A model generated the notes under the pieces. The model saw only the letters and a list, made by a program, of their open reading frames with translations. It was not told the origin of the DNA and did not search any database. The translations under genes were made by a program, and so were the position numbers. A DNA stretch of 22,538 nt, from contig JAGWDQ010000130.1 in NCBI GenBank assembly GCA_018260615.1, positions 1-22,538 on the forward strand, written 5' to 3'. The DNA is from Candidatus Altarchaeum sp. (lineage in GTDB: Archaea > Altiarchaeota > Altiarchaeia > Altiarchaeales > Altiarchaeaceae). Within the stretch, counting starts at the first letter, position 1; every line of letters begins with the position of its first letter. Shown here piece after piece: positions 1-7,480 of this stretch.

Positions 1-101
1 TAAATGGTGCTTACAACATAATAAAGAAAGCAATTCCAAATGCGTTCGCAAATGGAATACAGGGTGCCGGGTGTCACCCAGTTAGATTGGAGGTATATTG
101 A
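1..101 (+). mobile_element. tnpB: 3' end of TnpB-family (IS200/IS605/IS607) RNA-guided nuclease gene, partial
   Basis: Frame starting at 3 reads (V)NGAYNIIKKAIPNAFANGIQGAGCHPVRLEVY*, stop TGA at 99-101. This matches the TnpB C-terminal RuvC-III motif (NADxNGAxNI) and the typical 'AIPNAF..G..G...HP' tail. Only 33 codons are visible. Confidence 0.75.
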
Positions 102-113
102 AAATTTAACAAA

Positions 114-137
114 TTCGCATTCTGAAAAGAAAGCGAA
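114..137 (+). other. GAAA-capped hairpin 13 nt after the tnpB stop (candidate omegaRNA / IS right-end stem)
   Basis: TTCGC-A-TTCT-GAAA-AGAA-A-GCGAA: two paired stems with one A/A mismatch and a GNRA loop. Confidence 0.45.
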
Positions 138-181
138 ATCACTCATAAATTTATATAATTAAAATTAATTTAAAATTTAAA

Positions 182-1471
182 ATGAGATACGAAATAACAA
201 AAACAACATTAAAAGGAACAACAGATGCCCCGCCCTCTAAAAGTTATACTCACAGGGCAATTATTTGTGCTTCATTGGCAAACGGGCGATCAAAAATAAC
301 AAATTATCTGGAAAGTAATGATACCAATGAGACAATTCTAACATTAAAAAAATTTGGAATTGCTATGGAAAAGTCAGATAATGAGCTAAATATTTGGGGA
401 AATGAAAATTTAAATGATGTAAATGAAGGTGAAAAAATTATAATAGACACAATAAAAGAGTCCGGCTCTACTTTAAGATTTCTAATTCCTGTTGCATGTA
501 TATCAAAAATTAAAAAACCGATAATTTTTGTCAGAAAAGGACGACTAAAAGACAGGCCTGTTGAGCCATTAATGGATGCATTGAGCAAATTAGGTGTCCG
601 ATATGAAATACGCAAAGACAGGGCTGATGATAGCGAACTGATCACTATTTATCAGGGAATCACCGGTGGAAAAACAGAAATTCCGGGAAATATAAGTTCC
701 CAGTTTATAACAGGTCTTCTGTTTGCGTGTTCAAGGGCCGAAAACGACACGGAAATAAATTTAACAACCGAAATTGAATCAAAGTCATATGTAAAAGTAA
801 CCCTGGATGTCTTAAATGATTTTGGAATAACTATTGATGTATCCGAAGATATGCGAAAATTTAAAATATCTGGAAATCTGTCTTATAAAAACAGAGAATA
901 TATTGTTGAGGGTGATTATTCTTCTGCTGCATTTTTGCTTGCCGCAGGTGCAATTAATGGAGATATCATTGTGAAAAATTTAAATACAAATTCAAAGCAG
1001 GGAGACAGGGAAATTTTAAACATTCTCGGGAGCATGAATGCAAAAATTGAGATAAAAGAAAACATTATTCATGTAGAAAAATCAAATTTAAAAGGGATTG
1101 AAATAGATGCAAAAAATATACCTGATTTAGTTCCGATTTGCGCTGTGTTGGGATGTTTTGCTGACGGAGAAACAAAAATTTTTAATGCGGAGAGATTGCG
1201 ACTTAAGGAAAGTGACCGGCTGAAAGCAATAACGCAGGAATTAAGAAAGATGAATGCAGATATAGAAGAAACCAAAGACGGATTAATTATTAGAAAGTCC
1301 GATTTAAAAGGAGCGGAAATAAATCCGCACAACGACCACAGGATAGCGATGTCATGTGCAATTGCAGGATTATCGGCAGAAGGAAAAACCACAATAAACG
1401 ATGCAGAATGTGTCAATAAATCATATCCTTCTTTTTTTGAAGATATTGGGCGATGTTTCCATACTACATAG
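182..1471 (+). CDS. aroA: 3-phosphoshikimate 1-carboxyvinyltransferase (EPSP synthase)
   Basis: Motifs PPSKSYTHRA, ESGSTLRF, SSQFITGLL, LRLKESDR, HNDHRIAMS, KSYPSFF. The last residues (CFHTT*) are read from a CRISPR-like repeat. Confidence 0.97.
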   Translation: MRYEITKTTLKGTTDAPPSKSYTHRAIICASLANGRSKITNYLESNDTNETILTLKKFGIAMEKSDNELNIWGNENLNDVNEGEKIIIDTIKESGSTLRFLIPVACISKIKKPIIFVRKGRLKDRPVEPLMDALSKLGVRYEIRKDRADDSELITIYQGITGGKTEIPGNISSQFITGLLFACSRAENDTEINLTTEIESKSYVKVTLDVLNDFGITIDVSEDMRKFKISGNLSYKNREYIVEGDYSSAAFLLAAGAINGDIIVKNLNTNSKQGDREILNILGSMNAKIEIKENIIHVEKSNLKGIEIDAKNIPDLVPICAVLGCFADGETKIFNAERLRLKESDRLKAITQELRKMNADIEETKDGLIIRKSDLKGAEINPHNDHRIAMSCAIAGLSAEGKTTINDAECVNKSYPSFFEDIGRCFHTT

Positions 1472-1614
1472 TGCGATTTAAACAAATAATATCCTTCTTT
1501 TTTTGAAGATATTGAGCGATGTTTCCATAGTATATCTTATGATTTAAACTTGTCGAGACGCTACGAAGGTATTTGGTGGGTCATAGTTTCCATACTACCT
1601 GGTACAATTTAAAC
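1455..1614 (-). CRISPR. Degenerate orphan CRISPR mini-array: 3 repeats (29 bp), 2 spacers (37 and 36 bp)
   Basis: R1 1455-1483 GTTTCCATACTACATAGTGCGATTTAAAC; R2 1521-1549 GTTTCCATAGTATATCTTATGATTTAAAC (23/29 to R1); R3 1586-1614 GTTTCCATACTACCTGGTACAATTTAAAC (25/29 to R1). Spacers are 1484-1520 and 1550-1585. On the minus strand all repeats start GTTTAAA and end ATGGAAAC, like class 1 (type I-B/III) repeats, so minus-strand transcription is inferred. No cas genes are in the window. Confidence 0.8.
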
Positions 1615-1740
1615 GAAGATTTACTCACCCAATTTTTCATAAATAATTAAATTTAAATGCTTAAATATTAATAATAAAGGCCAAAAAATTAGTCCCTCTT
1701 TGGTAAACCCCTTATTGGAGATTGACTAAATTTTAATAGT
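1615..1740 (-). promoter_or_regulatory. Putative CRISPR leader (AT-rich, non-coding)
   Basis: AT-rich non-coding stretch abutting R3 on the side predicted to be 5' from repeat orientation. No sequence-level confirmation. Confidence 0.4.
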
Positions 1741-1808
1741 AAAAATGAAATGCATTTTACAGATAAAATTTAGTCGGTCAAATTTTTTACAAATTAAAAT
1801 TTAAAAAT

Positions 1809-2063
1809 TTAAAATCTGAAAAATTTAAGAAATAAGAGTCCGACAACCATAAGGACAATTGACAAAATTATTGCCAAGAGCATCGTCTCTTTATCAGTTC
1901 CAAATCCAATCGGAATCGGACCAAGCATTATAACTCCTCCGCCTTTAAAATTTCCACTGTCTTTTCCATCTCCGCTTATTATGTTCATCAAAGTTCCGAT
2001 AAACAAAATACAAAAACCGGCTAAAATTAATCCGATTCCTAAAAGTATAAATTTTTCATCCAT
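1809..2063 (-). CDS. DUF131 / TIGR00304 family small membrane protein
   Basis: Two hydrophobic segments flanking the GGVIMLGPIPIGFGTD signature. Confidence 0.85.
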   Translation of the reverse strand: MDEKFILLGIGLILAGFCILFIGTLMNIISGDGKDSGNFKGGGVIMLGPIPIGFGTDKETMLLAIILSIVLMVVGLLFLKFFRF

Positions 2064-2220
2064 ATTTTTATTTCTTCTTATATTAGGGTATTGAAATTTT
2101 CTTTCTTAAAAAAAGAAAAGATTTTACGGTGAACGATGTTATTTATTGCTTTTTAAATTTATAAATTTTTCATTTTTATCTTACATTCCGCACATTTACC
2201 ATAACGATATAAAAAATGCT

Positions 2221-2432
2221 CACACAAAGCCACAAAGTCACAGAGTGTATTTCCCCTTTGTGTCTCGGTGTCTCCGTGTGAGTATAATAAAACGAACTTT
2301 CCTGTACGATAAAAAATTTCAAAATCGGCATATTTACTCGCTTACACTCACTGCCGTTCCCGTATTTCCAAAACTCTCACATCGCTACCGTTCGGAGATT
2401 TTCAAATCGTTTGTAAATAGATTGAAAATTTA
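2221..2432 (+). repeat. Intergenic composite repeat, copy A (CACAAAG heptad imperfect inverted repeat + hairpin-family module)
   Basis: 2221-2280 has CACAAAG-like heptads facing CTTTGTG/CTCGGTG/CTCCGTG. The 26-mer at 2291-2316 recurs inverted at 19549-19574. 2333-2408 is homologous to 5252-5323 and contains the core CGGAGATTTTCAAA at 2393-2406. Confidence 0.75.
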
Positions 2433-2479
2433 AATTTTACGATGAATCTGCGGAAAAAGGGTTTTATCCCGTCTTTCAT

Positions 2480-3370
2480 TTATCTATAAAATGCCTTAAT
2501 TACATCCGTCGTGGTTATTATTCCCACCAATTTACTATCTTCAACAACAGGAAATCCCCCGAAGTTCATCTCCTTCATTTTAGTGACAATAGTGTCCAAA
2601 TCAGTATCAGGGAAAACAACAGTCGGCTGTTTCATAATTTTATCAACTGTTTCACTTAAAACATCTTCACTCATTACGCTCTTAAATTCACCTTCTTTCA
2701 AAAATTTAAGAACATCCATTACGCTTATAATTCCGACAAGTTCTCCATCACTTACTACGGGAATCCTTCTCTTTTTTGTGTTTACAATTATTCTCGCCAA
2801 ATCCTTTATTGTTGTCCGGGGAGTTACAGTTGTTACAGCCCTTTGCATAATGTCTCCTGCTTTCACACCCGATTTCTTCATAGTTGGAAAAACATCTTTT
2901 TCAGTAACAACCTTTAAAATTTTTCCGTCTTCATCCACAACCGGAATTAAACTGGTGTGTTTTTCAATTATTATATTTACCGCATCTTTTATTGAGTCAT
3001 AATTTGTTAGTGTCATAAAATTTTGGCTCGCAATCTTTGCGATTGGTGAATTAATTGCAGACAGAAAATTTCCGTTAAAATTGTTCAAAATTATATTATA
3101 TTTTTCCCCGCCGCCCAGAAAATCAACAATATCTACTGCCTTTGCTACTCCTAAAATGACTTTTGTTCCGGCATCAACGATGGGAATTCTCCTGCAGTCA
3201 TTTTCAATCATCATATTTGCAACCTTTATTACTGGTGTCGTAGCATAGACAGTTATCGGCTCTTTTCCTATGGTCATTATCTCCCCGTCCTTCCTTTCGG
3301 CTTTTTTTGATTCAAATCCCTTTTTTACTCCGAATTTTCCCGTTTGTTTTGGCGTTCTTCCCTGATTCAT
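2480..3370 (-). CDS. CBS domain-containing protein (four CBS repeats, MJ1225-like nucleotide sensor)
   Basis: Repeated RRIPIV/RRIPVV, GIISVMDV, GGFPVV, GIITTTDV, plus the family motif DIVDFLGGGEKYN. The true start may be the internal Met (MTIGKEP). Confidence 0.9.
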   Translation of the reverse strand: MNQGRTPKQTGKFGVKKGFESKKAERKDGEIMTIGKEPITVYATTPVIKVANMMIENDCRRIPIVDAGTKVILGVAKAVDIVDFLGGGEKYNIILNNFNGNFLSAINSPIAKIASQNFMTLTNYDSIKDAVNIIIEKHTSLIPVVDEDGKILKVVTEKDVFPTMKKSGVKAGDIMQRAVTTVTPRTTIKDLARIIVNTKKRRIPVVSDGELVGIISVMDVLKFLKEGEFKSVMSEDVLSETVDKIMKQPTVVFPDTDLDTIVTKMKEMNFGGFPVVEDSKLVGIITTTDVIKAFYR

Positions 3371-3425
3371 TTTAGTTAAAATTTTACTTATTTTTAATGT
3401 TGAAATTTAATATAAATTTGAGAAA

Positions 3426-3902
3426 TTATTCCTGATGTGCAAGTTGTTCGCCGTATTCATTTAAGGCGGAAATTTTATTCATAATCTCGGAATGTTTTTT
3501 CTTTAAATTTTCCATAACGGCATTAATTTTTTTAATATCTTCATTCAGACCGTTTTTTGCATCTTCGGGAGTTCTTTCAATGAATACACTATCCGTAATT
3601 CCGAATAACACATTTTTTGATTTTAATGTAGCACGGACAAGAACATTTTTGCCGACAGGAAGCAAAATTTCTCTGGTTTTATACTCGTCTCCCCCCATCC
3701 CGCTTAGGCCATCTAATGTTTCAATGGTTCTTTGCATCTCCTGAAGTGTTCCGTTCAGCATTGCAATCTGATTGTCTAATGTATTTGCATGTTCTTCAAG
3801 TGCCTTGGCCTGATAGATTACTTTTTGTAATTCTTCTTCTCTGTTTCCCGCACCTGTATTATGAGTATTTTCCTTTTCTTCCTCTTTATTTTCTTCTTCC
3901 AT
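3426..3902 (-). CDS. pfdA: Prefoldin alpha subunit
   Basis: Two coiled coils around beta-hairpins (EILLPVGKNVLVRATL...VLFGITDSVFIE). Confidence 0.88.
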   Translation of the reverse strand: MEEENKEEEKENTHNTGAGNREEELQKVIYQAKALEEHANTLDNQIAMLNGTLQEMQRTIETLDGLSGMGGDEYKTREILLPVGKNVLVRATLKSKNVLFGITDSVFIERTPEDAKNGLNEDIKKINAVMENLKKKHSEIMNKISALNEYGEQLAHQE

Positions 3903-3998
3903 TATGTTTTGGTTTATCTTGACGATTTTAGTGATTAATTAGGAACATATTAAAAAATTTTTGATTAAAATTTATTTCAATAACTATAATTTCAATAA

Positions 3999-4154
3999 CT
4001 ATAAAATAAGATCCTTTTCTTTTGTTCGCCATGCTATTGTTACTTCCTTATCCGGATTTTTTTCGCTGATTTCATCAAACTTCTTTTCAGGATTCAACCC
4101 CCTCCGGACCTCTTTCCCATCTGTCTTTATCACATAATAAAATTTCTCTTTCAT
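3999..4154 (-). CDS. Small protein, DUF5678-like (51 aa from ATG at 4154)
   Basis: YVIKTDGKEV..G.....F.E...KNPDKEVTI....KEKDLIL resembles the recalled DUF5678 pattern. Starting at 4154 avoids the overlap with hisC. Confidence 0.55.
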   Translation of the reverse strand: MKEKFYYVIKTDGKEVRRGLNPEKKFDEISEKNPDKEVTIAWRTKEKDLIL

Positions 4155-4164
4155 TTTATTCCCT

Positions 4165-5214
4165 TTAAAAGATACCTTCAATTGCATCAGTTAAAATTTC
4201 ATTCTCCTTTTCTGTCCCGACAGTTATCCTTATATATTCACCTTTAAATCCATCCAATTTTCCGAATGGCCTTACGATAATCTTTTTTTCATAAAGGTCT
4301 TCAAAAAATTCCTTCGCGGTGTAGGGAGAGACATCAATGAACAAAAAATTTGTATAACTCTCAAAAACCTTAAATTTCCTGCTTAAAATATCGCCCAGAA
4401 TTTTCCTGCTGTTTAAGACCTTTTCGACATTTTGTTTCATAAAAGCAATATCGTCCAGTGCCGCCAGTGCCGCCTCCTGTGCCAGGCAATTTACATTAAA
4501 CGGCGGCTTAACTTTGTGTAAAAATTTGATAATTTCTTTGTTTGCTATCCCGTAGCCCATTCTTAACCCCGCAATCCCAAATGCCTTTGCCATCGTCCGA
4601 AGCACAATCAAATTTTCATACTCTCCAGTTAAATCAAGAGATGTTAAATTTGAAAATTCATAATATGCCTCATCAACGACAACTACTTTGTTGAACTTTA
4701 AAATTTTTTCAATATCCCTTCTGTCAATAATTCCTCCCGTCGGATTGTTTGGGGAGCATAAAAAAACAACTCTCGCTTTTTCAAATTTCTCATCATTTAT
4801 AAATTTTTCGCAGTTAAATGTAAAGTCATCATTCAGCGGAATTTCATAATAAATTTCGTTAAAAATTTTGGAGACGCGATTATATTCAACAAATGAAGGG
4901 TAAAATCCCATGTATGGGGACTGAAAGATCTTGATTATTAATTCAATCAGTTCGTCAGAGCCGTTCCCGAGTATTATGTTTTCGGGCTTGATTAAATTTC
5001 CGCAGTATTTTGAAATTTTTTCCTTAACCAGTTCATCTTTATAAGGATAACGAAATATATCTCCTGCTTTATCTTTTATTGCAGCAATTACCTTTTCCGA
5101 AGGTCCGTAATCATTCTCATTTGACGCTAACTTGATAAAGCCCTCACTCATTTTTCCGGGAATGTAAGGCGAGACATCAGAAATCCACGGTTTAAAAAAT
5201 TTTGAGAGTTCCAT
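4165..5214 (-). CDS. hisC: Histidinol-phosphate aminotransferase
   Basis: KLASNEN, GNGSDELI, SPNNPTG, VDEAY, LRTMAKAFGIAGLRMGY (PLP lysine), YIRITVG. Confidence 0.95.
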   Translation of the reverse strand: MELSKFFKPWISDVSPYIPGKMSEGFIKLASNENDYGPSEKVIAAIKDKAGDIFRYPYKDELVKEKISKYCGNLIKPENIILGNGSDELIELIIKIFQSPYMGFYPSFVEYNRVSKIFNEIYYEIPLNDDFTFNCEKFINDEKFEKARVVFLCSPNNPTGGIIDRRDIEKILKFNKVVVVDEAYYEFSNLTSLDLTGEYENLIVLRTMAKAFGIAGLRMGYGIANKEIIKFLHKVKPPFNVNCLAQEAALAALDDIAFMKQNVEKVLNSRKILGDILSRKFKVFESYTNFLFIDVSPYTAKEFFEDLYEKKIIVRPFGKLDGFKGEYIRITVGTEKENEILTDAIEGIF

Positions 5215-5250
5215 TGTAAATTAAAAACAAATATGACCTTTAAATTGTTC

Positions 5251-5491
5251 ATCACTTGCTTATGTTCACTGCGTTAGTGTGTTTCCAAAACTTCACATCA
5301 CTTCGTTCGGAGATTTTCAAATCTCAGCGATTTGAAAACTGCATTTTTGAAATCGTTCGTGTCTTTACAAAATGCTTTGCATTTTCAAAATACTTCAAGT
5401 ATTTTGAAAGATTGAAAACTAATAGTTTTCAGTATTTATAAGATTGAAAATCTCAAAGATTTTCAGTATTCAAAAACTACGAATTTTTGAA
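5251..5491 (+). repeat. Intergenic tandem-hairpin repeat, copy B
   Basis: Core CGGAGATTTTCAAA at 5308-5321, followed by back-to-back dyads: TTTTCAAATC..GATTTGAAAA, TTCAAAATAC..GTATTTTGAA, GAAAAC..GTTTTC, GAAAATC..GATTTTC, TCAAAAA..TTTTTGA. Confidence 0.8.
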
Positions 5492-5541
5492 ATCATATAT
5501 GATAATAAAAATAAGGCAAAGAAAGGTAAGAAATAAATTTC

Positions 5542-5958
5542 CTATTCTAACTCCTCTTTCGTAAAGAATATAGGCATTTCCCTGTTTACTGATTCAATAC
5601 TGTCCGATGCGTGAATTACATTTGCCTCCATTGCTATTCCAAAATCCCCTCTGATTGTTCCCGGCTCTGCTTCTGCGGGATTTGTCTTTCCGTTCATCTT
5701 TCGGACAATTTCTATAAGTTTATCAGTGTCTGCTTCAAGCACACAAACAACAACTTTATCCGAAGTTATGTAATTAATTAAGGAATCATAAAATGGTTTT
5801 CCTTTATGAATGCTGTATAATTTTTCTGCTTCTTCTTTACACATTTTTATCATACGCATTGCCTTTATTCTAATCCCTCTTTCTTCAAACCTTGACAAAA
5901 TTTTTCCGGTTATATTTCTTTTAACTGCATCCGGCTTTATTATGATAAACGCCTTCAT
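5542..5958 (-). CDS. ndk: Nucleoside diphosphate kinase
   Basis: IIKPDAV, PGTIRGDFG, NVIHASDS catalytic His motif. Confidence 0.97.
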   Translation of the reverse strand: MKAFIIIKPDAVKRNITGKILSRFEERGIRIKAMRMIKMCKEEAEKLYSIHKGKPFYDSLINYITSDKVVVCVLEADTDKLIEIVRKMNGKTNPAEAEPGTIRGDFGIAMEANVIHASDSIESVNREMPIFFTKEELE

Positions 5959-5984
5959 TTTTTCTTAAATTTGTTAAATTTCCA

Positions 5985-6179
5985 TTATTTATATTTTTTT
6001 ATTCGTGCTTTTTTTTCATTCCTGTATTCTTCTGTCCATTCAACATTTCTCGGTTTTCTTTTCATTTCAGCATTCTTTCTGCACTTGGAAGAGCAATAAT
6101 TAATCCCTCTTCCTGACAACATAACAAACAGTAAGCCCGTTCCTTTTTTAATTTCGTTTCCACAATATGAACATTTCAT
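5985..6179 (-). CDS. rpl24e: 50S ribosomal protein L24e
   Basis: CSYCG..I..GTG......YCSSKC.KN....RKPR.VEWT. Confidence 0.96.
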   Translation of the reverse strand: MKCSYCGNEIKKGTGLLFVMLSGRGINYCSSKCRKNAEMKRKPRNVEWTEEYRNEKKARIKKYK

Positions 6180-6421
6180 CTTGCTCTTCTCTTATTTTTA
6201 TTTTTAAGTTTCAGTAATTTTTTTGCAGCGGTCTCTATTGGCCTTGATTCTCTTTCGGTTTCTTTCAGGGCAAGTATATCTCCCATTCTTACCGGTGTTC
6301 TGACATTTCTCCTTAAAACATTCCCTGCCTCTCTTCCATCCAATAGTTTACACATGATCTGAATTACTTCACCGTAAATTCCGGTTCTTCCAACGATTTC
6401 AACAACCTCTGCCAAAGGCAT
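6176..6421 (-). CDS. rps28e: 30S ribosomal protein S28e with basic C-terminal extension
   Basis: [13 protein letters not shown]...[21 protein letters not shown]; conserved rpl7ae-rps28e-rpl24e-ndk order. Confidence 0.93.
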   Translation of the reverse strand: MPLAEVVEIVGRTGIYGEVIQIMCKLLDGREAGNVLRRNVRTPVRMGDILALKETERESRPIETAAKKLLKLKNKNKRRAR

Positions 6422-6431
6422 TTTAAATTTT

Positions 6432-6794
6432 TTACTTTTTAATCTCTTTTAGTTTGTTTATAACCTCTGCCAGTATATCTTTACTTTTACCTTCTTCAAT
6501 AACACATGCTGCCGAGCACGGAACTTTTAATCCGATTGCTTTTCCGACATCTTCTTTCTTATTAACAAACAGGTAGGGTATCTCTTTTTCGTCACATAAC
6601 ATTGGCAGATGCATAACATTTTCAGGTGGAATTACATCTCCTGCAATTACTACTAATTTTGTAATTTTTCTTTCCACTGCTTTTGTTACTTCATTTACTC
6701 CTTTTTTTATTTTGCCTGTATTTTTTGCGGTTTCCAAAACCTCTAACGATTTTGTTTGCAATTCCGCCGATGCTTCAAATTTTACATAACTCAT
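6432..6794 (-). CDS. rpl7ae: Ribosomal protein L7Ae (K-turn binding)
   Basis: [37 protein letters not shown]. Confidence 0.97.
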   Translation of the reverse strand: MSYVKFEASAELQTKSLEVLETAKNTGKIKKGVNEVTKAVERKITKLVVIAGDVIPPENVMHLPMLCDEKEIPYLFVNKKEDVGKAIGLKVPCSAACVIEEGKSKDILAEVINKLKEIKK

Positions 6795-6891
6795 TTTTCA
6801 TTGGTTTTGATTTATTTGTTTTTATAGTTATATTTGTTTTATTATAATAATTAACATAATAATTAACAGCGAAAGTATAAATTTTAAATTT

Positions 6892-7209
6892 TTAAATTTC
6901 ACTGAGTATATGGATGTCTGTTTCAGTAACATTTTCTACATCGGGCAATTTTGAAATTTTATCCTCTATGCTTTCTAATTCGCTCTTTGCTTCCGTAATC
7001 AGTATTGCTACTTCTAATGCTTTTAAGCCGAAAGCAATCGGTTTTACTTCGGCGGAATGAAATTTACTTGTTTCATATGTGCTTAAAATTTCCTTAATCT
7101 CACTCTCTACTTTTTTTAAATCAACATCAACTCCTTTTGGCATTATCCTTAATATTGCAACCGTATTAAATTTCTTTATTTCTTTTCCCATTTTCATTAA
7201 TTTAAACAT
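6892..7209 (-). CDS. ef1b: Archaeal translation elongation factor 1-beta
   Basis: LRIMPKGVDVDL, KPIAFGLKALEV, DVENV. The real start is probably a downstream Met (MGKEIKK). Confidence 0.9.
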   Translation of the reverse strand: MFKLMKMGKEIKKFNTVAILRIMPKGVDVDLKKVESEIKEILSTYETSKFHSAEVKPIAFGLKALEVAILITEAKSELESIEDKISKLPDVENVTETDIHILSEI

Positions 7210-7215
7210 AAAATT

Positions 7216-7413
7216 TTAACTTGCGAGCATACCTGTTTTTAATAATTCCGGGTCAATATCAATCATGCCCATAGATGACATTTCAATGGACTTTGAAATT
7301 ATTTCCCTGTTGGTATTAAAAATTTCTGTGTTCTTCTCCACGAGTCCTAACTTGTCTTCTTTGTCTTCTTTATTTATTCTCCTTGCAGTTCTTCGTAAAA
7401 TTTTTTTGGCCAT
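7216..7413 (-). CDS. Hypothetical 65-aa protein
   Basis: ORF ends 6 bp before the annotated ef1b start on the same strand and sits divergently from citG. No recognised motif. Confidence 0.55.
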   Translation of the reverse strand: MAKKILRRTARRINKEDKEDKLGLVEKNTEIFNTNREIISKSIEMSSMGMIDIDPELLKTGMLAS

Positions 7414-7480
7414 TTTATTTTAAATTTTTTGTCTTTTTAATTATGAATACTTAATAATATTTAACAATAAACTTTTACTT

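Noticed and set aside
2146-2433. 95-aa plus-strand ORF
   Set aside because: Lies wholly over the composite repeat element and has no protein-like features; likely spurious.
5256-5441. 61-aa ORF in the ndk-hisC gap
   Set aside because: Translation of the hairpin repeat (shares RSEIFKS with the 2146 ORF because the DNA repeat is shared).
5311-5491. Hairpin array considered as a second CRISPR array
   Set aside because: No constant-length identical repeats with unique 30-40 bp spacers; units are self-complementary modules of varying length.
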